Shown: positions 48,245-57,466 of the stretch, one piece after another
Layout of the letters: each line of letters begins with the position of its first letter
How positions within the stretch are numbered: the stretch's first letter is position 1
Source: an uncultured delta proteobacterium
GTDB taxonomy: Bacteria; Myxococcota_A; Polyangia; Polyangiales; Polyangiaceae
Direction of reading: 5' to 3'
Length of the DNA: 64,000 bases
Assembly: GCA_963841435.1 (NCBI GenBank)
Contig: CAWJCS010000002.1
Location: forward strand, 1,056,001 to 1,120,000
Translations under genes and position numbers: made by a program
Notes under the pieces: generated by a model
Seen by the model: the letters and a program-made list of their open reading frames with translations, nothing else
The model's database searches: none
Told to the model about the DNA's origin: nothing

Positions 48245-49329
48245 ATGAATCTTCGGGCGTGGCTCGGCGCGGCCGCAACGCCAGGCTTCGTGCGTCGCTC
48301 GATCGCCGCCGTCCTCTCGTTGCACGCACTCGTCTGGACCGTCGCGGGGCTCTCCCATTCCATCTCGCTCGTCGGCATCCTCGGCCACTACGACGCAGGC
48401 TGGTACCTCGGCATCGCGACGCGCGGCTACCACGGCAACGCCTGGGCGTTCTATCCGCTCTGGGCGCTCGTCATGGCCGCCGTCGGGCGGCTCGTGCCGG
48501 GGCCGCTGCCGCTCGTCGCGAGCGGCCTCGCGCTCGCGCTCTACCTTTTCACCGTCGAGCGGATCTCTTGCGCCCCCAGCCGCTCGACTGCCTCTCGCCG
48601 CGCACGCGGCTCGGCTGGCTCGCGTTCCTGCTCGCGCCTGCCGGCTACGTGTTCCACACGGCCCACACCGAGTCCCTATTCTTTTTGCTGTCGATGGGCG
48701 CGTTCGCGCTCGCCGTGCGGCGTGCCTGGATCAGTGCCGCGCTGCTCGCGGGCCTCGCGGCGCTCACGCGCAACCAGGGCGTGCTCGTCGCGCTGGGCGT
48801 CGCCGTCGCCGCCTACCAGCTTGCGCCGCGCGGCCGGGGTGCGCTGCGCTTCGTCGTCTCCGGCGCCATCAGCGGCGCCCTGTTCGCGCTCTACCCGGCC
48901 TATCAGTACCTCCAGACGGGCAACCCCTTCATGAACGTCGCAGCGCAACAGAACTGGACGAGAGCCACGGGGGTCGGCGACATGGTGAAGGCGCTCGTGC
49001 TCGGCAACGCCAAGGCCCCGTTCGAGTACCTGACGCGCGCGCGCCACCCCTATTTCTTGGCGTTCGTTGCCGTATCCATCGCCATGGCGAGGCGGCGCGA
49101 GCTCAGGCCGCTCGCGGCTTACTTTCTCACGAGCCTTTCGCTCATGTTGTTTCAGGGCACGGTTTCGAACTTCTTCCGCTACACGGTGCCGCTCGCCCCG
49201 CTGATGTTCTTCGCGGGTGACTGGCTGTCCAAGCGCCGTCTCGGCTGGCAGCTCGTCGTGATGGTCCCGACGCTCTACTTCCACCTCGAGCTCACGTGGA
49301 ACTACGCCATCGGACGCTGGGCCTACTGA
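48245..49329 (+). CDS. GT-C mannosyltransferase-like (PIG-V type) membrane protein, split by a frameshift near 48562
   Basis: First frame: HYDAGWYLGIATRGY..AFYPLW. Second frame: FHTAHTESLFFLL..ALTRNQG..QQNWTR..FFRY. Confidence 0.78.
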
Positions 49330-49386
49330 CGCGCGCGCGGCGCGGGCGCACCGGGGCGCCCGTTCGCCGCGCGAGCGGTGCTCGGG

Positions 49387-50718
49387 TCAGCTCCGGCTGA
49401 GCCCCGCCTCGCGCGCGCGGTGCTCGAGATCGCGGAAGCGTCGAGCGAGCGCTTGCACGAGCGCCCCCGTCCAGCCCTCGACACCGAGCCCCTCGGAGAG
49501 CGTGGCGCGATCGAGCACGAGGAGCGTCAAGGGCTCGACGGCCTGAACGGAGGCCGCGCGCGGCTCGTCGAGCAGCAGCGCCATTTCGCCGAACACGTCG
49601 CCGGGGCCCATGGTCGTGAGCGTTTCTTCGCCGCTCGCGACCTTACGAAACGCGCGGCAGCGCCCGCTCACGATGATGTACGCGGCCTCGCCCTTCTCGC
49701 CTTCGCGAATCACGAGCTCGCCGGTGGACAACGCTTTCCTCGGGAGATGCAACCCGCCGAGCAGGAACGCACGCACGTCGCGCTGCAGCTCGATGACCGT
49801 CTGATACCTGAGGTCGGGGTCCGGCTGCGTCGCACGATCGACGATGTTGCGAATGCGCTTCGAGACACCGAGCTCCGCGGCCGCCTTCTCCACCGGGATC
49901 ACGCGCTCGGCCTTGGCGAGCTCGATGATGCGATCGGCGTCGAGCTCGAAGCCGTACGGCGTGCGACCCGTGACGATCTCGTACAGGATCGCGCCCAGAC
50001 CGAAGACGTCGGAGCGCTCGTCCATCTCGCTCGGAATGCCGCGCGCCTGCTCGGGCGACATGTAGGCCGGCGTGCCGACGGGACCGGGGGCCTCCATCTG
50101 CGCGTTCTCGCCCGAGGCAGGCCGCGTGCGTGAAAGCCGCGCGAGACCCCAGTCCATCACGTAGACCTGGCCGAAACCGGCCACCATGATGTTGTCCGGC
50201 TTGATGTCGCGGTGGATGACACCACGATGGTGGGCGTAGGCGATCGCGTCGCACACTTTGAGGAAAATCTCGAGCCCTTGCTCGAGGCGAACGGTGGAGC
50301 CGGGCGGCTTTTGCTCGTCGAGCAGCCAGTGATGAAAACCCTCGCCCTGGACGAGCTTCATCGTGAAATATGGCACCCCGTTCGGATCGAGCGCGAGCTC
50401 GTGCACGGGGACGATGTTCGGGTGCTCGAGCTGGCCGGTGATCTGCGCCTCGGCGATGAAGCCGTCGCGGTAGAAGGACTCGGGCACGAGCTCCTTCGCG
50501 AGGCGCTTGAGCGCCACGTGCCGGAGCAGATTGCGGTCCGTGGCCGGGTGGATGCGCCCCATGCCACCTCGCCCGAGCTCCGGGTAGATCCGGAGATGAG
50601 CCGGCGTCGGAATCCCCTCCGCCTGGATCTCCTTGGCGGGGACCTCGTTCTTGCCCCCCACGGGGATGGTCTCGATGACATAGACCGGCGGTAGGGCTTC
50701 TGGTTCTTGTTCGGGCAC
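49387..50718 (-). CDS. Ser/Thr protein kinase with C-terminal cyclic-nucleotide-binding domain
   Basis: LGRGGMG, VALK, HRDIKPDN, DWG, GTPAYMSPEQ; cNMP domain GDVFGEMALLLDEPRAASV. Confidence 0.93.
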   Translation of the reverse strand: MPEQEPEALPPVYVIETIPVGGKNEVPAKEIQAEGIPTPAHLRIYPELGRGGMGRIHPATDRNLLRHVALKRLAKELVPESFYRDGFIAEAQITGQLEHPNIVPVHELALDPNGVPYFTMKLVQGEGFHHWLLDEQKPPGSTVRLEQGLEIFLKVCDAIAYAHHRGVIHRDIKPDNIMVAGFGQVYVMDWGLARLSRTRPASGENAQMEAPGPVGTPAYMSPEQARGIPSEMDERSDVFGLGAILYEIVTGRTPYGFELDADRIIELAKAERVIPVEKAAAELGVSKRIRNIVDRATQPDPDLRYQTVIELQRDVRAFLLGGLHLPRKALSTGELVIREGEKGEAAYIIVSGRCRAFRKVASGEETLTTMGPGDVFGEMALLLDEPRAASVQAVEPLTLLVLDRATLSEGLGVEGWTGALVQALARRFRDLEHRAREAGLSRS

Positions 50719-50798
50719 GTGGGCCTCCAGCGTTCCGTGAGACTACACCTCCGCGTGCTCGCGGTGTAGCATCCGCGCCCTCGCGGAAAAAAAGCACC

Positions 50799-51575
50799 AT
50801 GGCGTACCCCGAGCTCACGTTGGAAGGGCGCACGGCCGTCGTCATCGGCGGAACGAGCGGTATCGGCAAGCTGATCGCTCTCGGCTTTGCCAAGGCTGGC
50901 GCCGACGTCGCGCCAACGTCGCGTCGCGAAAGCGAGGTTTCCGAGACCGCGCAGGCCATCGAGGCCCTCGGCAAGCGCTCGCTTCGCGTTCCGTCCGACG
51001 TGACCGATCGCAAGTCGCTCGAGGAGCTCTTGCGGGCGGCCGTCGCGGCGTTCGGCAAAGTCGATATTCTCGTCAATTGCGCGGGCCGACTGCGGCGCGT
51101 CCCCACGCTCGAGGTGAGCGACGAGGAGTTTACCTCGGTTCTCGAAACGAACCTCACGGGCACGTTTCGCTCCTGCCAGGTGTTCGGCAAGCACATGCTC
51201 GAGCGCGGCTACGGGCGCATCGTCAACGTCGGCTCGCTCACGTCGTTCGTCGCGTTCTACGAAGTGACGCCGTACACGGCGAGCAAGGCGGGCGTCGCCG
51301 GGCTCACGCGCTCGCTCGCCATCGAGTGGGGCTCGCGTGGCGTGCTCGTCAACGCCATCGCCCCCGGCGTATTTCGCACGCCGCTCAACGCCGCCGTCAT
51401 CGACGGCACGCCGCGCGGCAAGGAGCTGTTGATGCGCACGCCGCTCGGCCGCTTCGGCCGGCTCGACGAGTGCGTGGGGCCCGCGATCTTCCTCGCCTCG
51501 GAGGCAGCAAGCTTCGTGAACGGGCAGATCCTCGCCGTTGACGGCGGCTTTCTCGCGAGCGGCGTGAATCAGTAG
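50799..51575 (+). CDS. SDR oxidoreductase (KduD/UxuB-like sugar-acid dehydrogenase)
   Basis: IGGTSGIG, NCAG, YTASK, NAIAPG, VDGGFL; first gene of the kdgK-uxaC operon. Confidence 0.85.
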   Translation: MAYPELTLEGRTAVVIGGTSGIGKLIALGFAKAGADVAPTSRRESEVSETAQAIEALGKRSLRVPSDVTDRKSLEELLRAAVAAFGKVDILVNCAGRLRRVPTLEVSDEEFTSVLETNLTGTFRSCQVFGKHMLERGYGRIVNVGSLTSFVAFYEVTPYTASKAGVAGLTRSLAIEWGSRGVLVNAIAPGVFRTPLNAAVIDGTPRGKELLMRTPLGRFGRLDECVGPAIFLASEAASFVNGQILAVDGGFLASGVNQ

Positions 51576-51651
51576 GGCTCGGCCGGCCCGGCGGGCGCTG
51601 CTTTTTGGCGATTCGCGTGATCTTCCGGGCCTCGAGCGGCATGATCGGGGC

Positions 51652-52743
51652 GTGCCCGACAACGCTTCTCGGCTGAAGGTGCCCGCCCAGGGCAGCCTGG
51701 ATTTCCTCTCGCTCGGGGCCCTCGTCCACCGGCTCGATCCGGGCATCGTGCCGTTCCGCAAGGCGACCGAGTGTCGCATCCACGTGAGCGGCGGCGAGTT
51801 CAACGTCGCGGCAAACCTCGCGGATTGCTTCGGGCTCTCCACGGGTATCGCGAGCGCCATGGTGGATTACCCCATCGGCGACCTCGTGGCCGAGCGCGTG
51901 AAGGCCATGGGCGTCGCCCCCTTCTACAAGCGCTTCTCGCACGACGGCGTGAGTGGGCCCAACATCGCCACGGTCTACAGCGACCGCGGGCACGGCGTCA
52001 GGCCGCCCGTGGTGTTCTACAATCGTTCGAACGAGGCGGCGGCGCGCCTGGCCCCCGGCGATATCGACTGGCCGGCGATCTTCGCCGGCGGGGTGCGCTG
52101 GTTTCACAGCGGCGGCATCTTCGCGTCGCTCTCGGAGGGCACGGCGGCTCTCGCGCTCGAGGGCATGCGCCTGGCTCGCGAGGCCGGCGCGGTCGTGAGC
52201 TTCGACCTCAACTATCGCGAGAAGCTCTGGAACGTGCGCGGCGGGCGCGAGCGGGCGATGGCCGAGCTCGGACGGCTCGTAGAGCTCACCGACGTGCTCG
52301 TCGGCAACGAAGAGGATTTGCAGAAGGGTCTCGGGGTGCAGGGGCCGGACGTCGGCAAGAAGAGCGCCCTCGATGCCTCGACCTTTCTCGGGATGATCGA
52401 GCGCGTGCGCGAGAAGTTCCCGAGCGTCACGGTCGTCGCCACGACGCTGCGCGAGGTCCACTCCACGAACCGCCACGCCTGGAGCGCGACGGCCTTCATC
52501 GATGGCCAGGGCTACACGGCTCCCACCGCCGAGCTCGACGTGCTCGACCGCGTGGGCGGCGGCGACGGCTTTGCGGCGGGCCTTTTTTACGGCTTGCTCA
52601 CGGGCGCTTCGCCCGAAGAGGCGCTCCGGCTCGGCTGGGCGCACGGCGCCCTCGTCACGAGCTTCCCCGGTGACACCACGATGGCAACGCTCGCGGAGGT
52701 GCGGGCGTTCGCCGCGGGCGGCAGCGCCCGTATTCAGCGCTGA
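51652..52743 (+). CDS. kdgK: PfkB-family sugar kinase, 2-keto-3-deoxygluconate kinase
   Basis: GGEFNVA, FDLNYREKLW, GNEED, DRVGGGDGFAAG; adjacent to uxaC. Confidence 0.85.
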   Translation: MPDNASRLKVPAQGSLDFLSLGALVHRLDPGIVPFRKATECRIHVSGGEFNVAANLADCFGLSTGIASAMVDYPIGDLVAERVKAMGVAPFYKRFSHDGVSGPNIATVYSDRGHGVRPPVVFYNRSNEAAARLAPGDIDWPAIFAGGVRWFHSGGIFASLSEGTAALALEGMRLAREAGAVVSFDLNYREKLWNVRGGRERAMAELGRLVELTDVLVGNEEDLQKGLGVQGPDVGKKSALDASTFLGMIERVREKFPSVTVVATTLREVHSTNRHAWSATAFIDGQGYTAPTAELDVLDRVGGGDGFAAGLFYGLLTGASPEEALRLGWAHGALVTSFPGDTTMATLAEVRAFAAGGSARIQR

Positions 52744-52762
52744 GAGCGCGCGGAGCCGAGCG

Positions 52763-54199
52763 ATGGCCGCCCCCGACCTGTTCGACGACGACTTCCTGCT
52801 CGAGACCGAGCTCGCGAAAACGCTCTATCACGAGCACGCCGCGCCTCAGCCCATCATCGATTATCACTGTCATCTCCCGCCCGATCAGATCGCGCAAAAT
52901 CACCGCTTTCGCTCACTGACGGAGATCTGGCTCGACGGCGACCACTACAAATGGCGCGCCATGCGCACGAACGGCGTGCCCGAAGAGTTTTGTACCGGTA
53001 GCCGCCCGGACTTCGAGAAGTTCGAAGCCTGGGCACGCACGGTACCCCGCACCCTCAGAAATCCATTGCACCACTGGACGCACCTCGAGCTCAAACGCAC
53101 CTTCGGTATCCGGCGTTTGCTCGATGCGGGCTCGGCACGCGAGATCTACGACGAGGCGAATCGCCTGCTCGCCACCGACGAATTTTCGACGCAGGGCCTG
53201 CTACGACAGTCGAACGTGCTCGTCGTGTGCACGACCGACGACCCCTCGGACACGCTCGAGCACCACGTCGCGCACGCCGGCTCGAAGGCGGCCGGCTCCA
53301 CGCGGCTCTACCCCACCTTCCGCCCCGATCGCGCGCTCGGCGTCGACGACCCCCAGCGCTTCAACGCCTGGCTCGACAAGCTCGCAGACGCCGCCGGCAC
53401 GTCGATCTGGACGTACGACGATCTTCTCGGCGCGCTCGAGAAGCGGCACGCGTACTTCCACGAGCGCGGCTGCCGGCTCTCCGATCACGGCCTCGAGACG
53501 ATCGTCGCGTTCGACCACGCGACGGCGGACGTGCACGCCGCATTCGAGAAAGCCCGCGCCGGGCAGGCCGTCGTGGGCCCACTGGCAGACGCCTACAAGT
53601 CGGCGCTGCTCCACGAGCTCGCGCTCATGGACCACCGGCGCGGCTGGGTGCAGCAGTTTCACCTCGGCGCGTTGCGCAACAACAACTCGCGCCTGCTCGC
53701 GAAGCTCGGCCCCGACACCGGCTTCGATTCGATCGGCGACTTCGAGATCGCACGCCCCCTCGCGCGCTTCCTCGACCGCCTCGATCGCACAGACCAGCTC
53801 GCGCGCACCATCCTCTACAACCTGAATCCCCGCGACAACGAGGTCATGGCGACCATGATCGGGAATTTTCAGGACGGGAGCGTCGCCGGCAAGCTCCAGT
53901 TCGGCAGCGCCTGGTGGTTCCTCGATCAGCTCGACGGCATGCAGAAGCAGCTCGACGCGCTCTCCAACATGGGGCTGCTCTCCTGCTTCGTCGGGATGCT
54001 CACCGATTCGCGGAGCTTCCTGTCCTACTCGCGACACGAGTACTTCCGCCGGCTGCTCTCCAACATGCTCGGCAACGACGCGGAGCGGGGGCTCGTGCCG
54101 CGCGACGTCGAGTTGCTCGGCGGGCTCGTGGCCGACGTGTCGTTCCGCAACGCGCGGGCCTACTTCGGCTTCGAGCTGCCCGCTTCTTTCAGCGGCTGA
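52763..54199 (+). CDS. uxaC: Uronate (glucuronate) isomerase
   Basis: PIIDYHCHL, GDHYKWRAMR, CTTDDP, GSAWWFLDQ, GMLTDSRSFLSYSRHEYFRR. Confidence 0.97.
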   Translation: MAAPDLFDDDFLLETELAKTLYHEHAAPQPIIDYHCHLPPDQIAQNHRFRSLTEIWLDGDHYKWRAMRTNGVPEEFCTGSRPDFEKFEAWARTVPRTLRNPLHHWTHLELKRTFGIRRLLDAGSAREIYDEANRLLATDEFSTQGLLRQSNVLVVCTTDDPSDTLEHHVAHAGSKAAGSTRLYPTFRPDRALGVDDPQRFNAWLDKLADAAGTSIWTYDDLLGALEKRHAYFHERGCRLSDHGLETIVAFDHATADVHAAFEKARAGQAVVGPLADAYKSALLHELALMDHRRGWVQQFHLGALRNNNSRLLAKLGPDTGFDSIGDFEIARPLARFLDRLDRTDQLARTILYNLNPRDNEVMATMIGNFQDGSVAGKLQFGSAWWFLDQLDGMQKQLDALSNMGLLSCFVGMLTDSRSFLSYSRHEYFRRLLSNMLGNDAERGLVPRDVELLGGLVADVSFRNARAYFGFELPASFSG

Positions 54200-54277
54200 C
54201 GGGCGCGGCGCCGCGACGCGCCGCGCCGAACGAGCAAACGCTCGTGTTCGGTGCCGCGAGGCGCGCCACCACGCCGC

Positions 54278-55351
54278 CTACTTGATGTCGTAGACCTCGA
54301 CGGCGTTGTCCAGGAAGCGCGGGACGAGCAGCCGGCTGCGCTTCGGATCGATGCCGACGTCAGCCGAGCCGCGCACGTTCCACACCGCCGGCTGGAACGT
54401 GCCGCCGAGCTTGCCCTTGAACACCGAGGCAGCCTTCCAGCTCGTGCAGTAGACGGTTTCGCCGAGCACGGCGAGGCCGTCGAGCCCGCCGGCGGGCAGG
54501 TGAGTGATCTCGGATTTTGCGCCCCTGTCGTCGAGCTTGTAGATCTCGTCGGCGCCGGATGTGTTCACGTAAAGGCTCGTGCCGAGCAGCAAGAGGCCGT
54601 TCGGGCCGTTGAGCTCCTTCGTCTTCGCGACCGTCTTGACCTTGCCCGCCCGGTCGATGACGTAGACGGCGTCGCCGCCCGCCGGCTCGAGGCCGGACGC
54701 GCCGACCTTGAGCCCGGAGTCCGAGACGTAAACGTGCCCGTCGGGCGTGATGGCGATGTCGTTCAGGAACACGGCGTCCTTGATGGGGATGTCACCCTTC
54801 GGCGCCCCGGTCTTGGCGTCGAACCGCCGGACGACCGCGACGTCGGTGACCCAGAGCACGTTGCCGTAGATGCCCATGCCTTTGGGCGCGTCGAGCTTGG
54901 TCTTGCCGGCGCCGCCCTCGACGAGCTTCGGCTTCGTGATCTTCCCGTCGGGCGAAAGCTCGGCGATGTAGCCGTTGTTGTCCGCCTCGACGGGGCTTCC
55001 GTTGATGTTGGACACGAGGTAGCGGTCGAGCGTGGCGTCGTAGAGCACGCTCTCGGGCGTCGCGATGCCTTCGGTGACGCGCCAGACGGGGACGGGGGGC
55101 GGGGGCTCGGCCGGCGACTTCGCAGCGACTGCCTTCGGCCGGGCGTTCGTCGGCGAGGCCGCGGGTGTCGGCGCCGTAGGTTTCGGCGCTGTGACAGTGG
55201 GCGAGGGGAGCGCGGCATGCTCCGGCGCCGCGGCGTGCTCGGGCAGCGGTGGCGTGATGGCGACCGCCGTGGGACCCGGGGGGTGGGAACCGCCGCAAGC
55301 GACGCTGAGAACGACGGAACCGAACAGAGCGAGCCCTTTGCGGAGTGCCAT
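54278..55351 (-). CDS. Lipoprotein with SMP-30/gluconolactonase-like beta-propeller
   Basis: Lipobox SVAC, Pro-rich linker, TPESVLYD, APKGM, FLNDI, GPNGL, GLDGL, SADVG. Confidence 0.8.
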   Translation of the reverse strand: MALRKGLALFGSVVLSVACGGSHPPGPTAVAITPPLPEHAAAPEHAALPSPTVTAPKPTAPTPAASPTNARPKAVAAKSPAEPPPPVPVWRVTEGIATPESVLYDATLDRYLVSNINGSPVEADNNGYIAELSPDGKITKPKLVEGGAGKTKLDAPKGMGIYGNVLWVTDVAVVRRFDAKTGAPKGDIPIKDAVFLNDIAITPDGHVYVSDSGLKVGASGLEPAGGDAVYVIDRAGKVKTVAKTKELNGPNGLLLLGTSLYVNTSGADEIYKLDDRGAKSEITHLPAGGLDGLAVLGETVYCTSWKAASVFKGKLGGTFQPAVWNVRGSADVGIDPKRSRLLVPRFLDNAVEVYDIK

Positions 55352-55430
55352 GGGCAAGGCCATGCGGCCGATCCCGGCCGGCGGCAAGCCCCACCCGAAA
55401 GCCGGTCTCCGTGCTACGAAGGTCGGGACA

Positions 55431-56090
55431 ATGAGCTCGCTTTTCTCGGTGTTGGCCCTGGGCATCGTGCTCGGTCTGCGCCACGCGCTCGACGCGGACC
55501 ACGTCGTTGCGGTCTCGACGATCACGTCGCGCGAGCGGACGTTCGGCGCCGTGCTGCGCCTCTCGGCGTTCTGGGGCATCGGACATGCGCTCACGGTCTT
55601 GCTCGTCGGCGGGTCGATCATCCTCTTCGGCGCCGTCGTCCCGCCGAAGCTCGGGCTGGGCTTCGAGTTCACCGTCGCGCTCATGCTGATGGTGCTCGGC
55701 ATCGCCAACCTCACGGGCAGTCTCGACCGGCTGCACGAGCGGGCGCACGAGCGCGCGCACGCGCACGCGTCCGCGCCGGGCTCGCGCGTGCTGCGACCGC
55801 TCGGTGTGGGCATCGTGCACGGCCTGGCCGGCTCCGCCGCCGTCGCCCTGCTCGTGCTCGCCTCGGTTCGCGATCCGGCGCTCGCTTGCGCCGGTCTCGT
55901 CGTGTTCGTGCTGGGCACGCTGCTCGGCATGGTGCTCTTGAGTGGAGTGTTCGCCGCCACGGTCGCCTACGCGCTCACGCGCGTGCAACGCCTGCACGTC
56001 GGCATCGCTCGCGCGACGGGGGCCGTGAGCTTCGCGCTCGGTTTCGTTTTGGCCGTGCGCATCGGCTTCGTCAACGGTCTGTTTTACTGA
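55431..56090 (+). CDS. High-affinity nickel/cobalt transporter (NiCoT/UreH-like)
   Basis: Signature RHALDADH, WGIGH, His-rich loop HERAHERAHAH, GIVHGLAGS. Confidence 0.85.
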   Translation: MSSLFSVLALGIVLGLRHALDADHVVAVSTITSRERTFGAVLRLSAFWGIGHALTVLLVGGSIILFGAVVPPKLGLGFEFTVALMLMVLGIANLTGSLDRLHERAHERAHAHASAPGSRVLRPLGVGIVHGLAGSAAVALLVLASVRDPALACAGLVVFVLGTLLGMVLLSGVFAATVAYALTRVQRLHVGIARATGAVSFALGFVLAVRIGFVNGLFY

Positions 56091-56128
56091 GACCGCGCCG
56101 TCGAGCGACCCGGCTCGCGCCCGCGGAC

Positions 56129-57439
56129 TCAGGTATCGACCGCAAGCTTGTCGCGAAGGCTCCAGAGCCCGAGCGCCGGATTCCGGACGAAATAGATGCG
56201 CTCGCCGTCGCTGAGCTCGTTCATGCCGTCGGTGAGACGCGCGGGGTCGTAGCGAGCCAGCGACGGCGCGAGCTCCGCTGCTTCGTAGCCGACGGCACGA
56301 AGCGTGGCGGCATCGATGCCGCCCGCGGCGTAGCGGATGCGGAAGCGGCCTTCCGAGGAGCCGTGGATCAGGTGCGCCGCGGCGGAAAGCGACTGGGCGA
56401 GCTCCGGATCGGCGTCCACGGCGGCGAGCGTGCGCTCGGTGCCCCGGTAGCCATGGCGGCGGACGAGTCGATCGATGCCGGCATCCTCACCGAAGCGGTG
56501 GACGCCCGGGGCCAGCACCAAGAGCTCCCCGGCGTCGGCGACGGCGAGGCGCGTGCGGTAGATCGCCTTGTTTCCGAGCCAGGTCGACTTGAACTCCGAG
56601 GGATCCAGGTAGACGACGATCTTGTCGGGGGCCTCGTCCAGAAGCTCGACGTTGCAGGCCCGGACGAGGCTCTCTCCCGCGAAGAAACAGGCGTCGTCGT
56701 CGCCCGCGAACAGGCCGCGCGTCACGAGCGCCCCCGCGGCGTCACGGCCGCGCACGGTCAGGACGTAGGTGATGGGCAGGGCGCTCGCGAGCTCGCTCCG
56801 CATGTACGAGAGCACCTTTCGCACCGGCGTTCTGGCGCGGCCCATGGCAGCCTCCATGCCGCACACGGCGCCGAGATAGTGCGTGCGATCGATCACGTCC
56901 TTGCCACCCGTGCCGACGAAGACGTTCTTGCTCTGCCCGGCGATGCCCGCGACCTCGTGGGGCACGAGCTGCCCGAGCGAGATGATGCGATCCCAGTGCT
57001 CGCCCGCGACGAGCCGTGCGACCTCGCAGCGGATCGGGTAGGAGAGGCGTCCATCGCTCGCCTCATGCACGACGGAAGCCGGCACTTCGCCGAGCGAGGT
57101 GACCCCGTGACGCCAGTCGTGGACGTGGAAGGCCTCTTTGGGGATGCCGGGGTACAGGGTTTCGAGCTCACCCTCCGTCATGGCGGCGTGGGTGCCGAGC
57201 GCCGGCAGGACCTCGACGTGCCCCCGGCCTCCCAGGCGATGAAAGAGCCGGGTGGTGAGCGGCCCGACCCCCGAGTGGCGCCGCGTGAAATCCGGTGGAA
57301 TGAGCAGCACCCGGCCGAGCGGCCCGAGCTGGGCGACGAGCCTCTCCAGGAGCTCGTCGGTGCGCCGACCGTCGAGCACGGCGTCCGGCGCTCCCTCAGC
57401 GAAGTAGAGCCGGCCCTCGGCCGCCGATTGAGCGCTCAT
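56129..57439 (-). CDS. LarA-superfamily (DUF2088) nickel-pincer-dependent hydroxy-acid epimerase/racemase
   Basis: PPDFTR, PALGTHAAM, HVHDW, VPHEVAGIAGQSKN, DRTHYL. Start ATG 57439. Confidence 0.85.
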   Translation of the reverse strand: MSAQSAAEGRLYFAEGAPDAVLDGRRTDELLERLVAQLGPLGRVLLIPPDFTRRHSGVGPLTTRLFHRLGGRGHVEVLPALGTHAAMTEGELETLYPGIPKEAFHVHDWRHGVTSLGEVPASVVHEASDGRLSYPIRCEVARLVAGEHWDRIISLGQLVPHEVAGIAGQSKNVFVGTGGKDVIDRTHYLGAVCGMEAAMGRARTPVRKVLSYMRSELASALPITYVLTVRGRDAAGALVTRGLFAGDDDACFFAGESLVRACNVELLDEAPDKIVVYLDPSEFKSTWLGNKAIYRTRLAVADAGELLVLAPGVHRFGEDAGIDRLVRRHGYRGTERTLAAVDADPELAQSLSAAAHLIHGSSEGRFRIRYAAGGIDAATLRAVGYEAAELAPSLARYDPARLTDGMNELSDGERIYFVRNPALGLWSLRDKLAVDT

Positions 57440-57466
57440 CCTGCTAGCGTCTACCATGCCGGGGCG

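Noticed and set aside
39430-48590. Programmed frameshifting or phase variation at the split glycan genes
   Set aside because: No slippery heptamers or long homopolymers at the break points.
54251-57466. First ~1070 aa of the 1448-aa ORF, suggesting a giant fusion
   Set aside because: Shadow of the propeller and LarA genes and out of frame over the Ni transporter; only the part from ATG 57467 is a recognisable Gfo/Idh/MocA protein.
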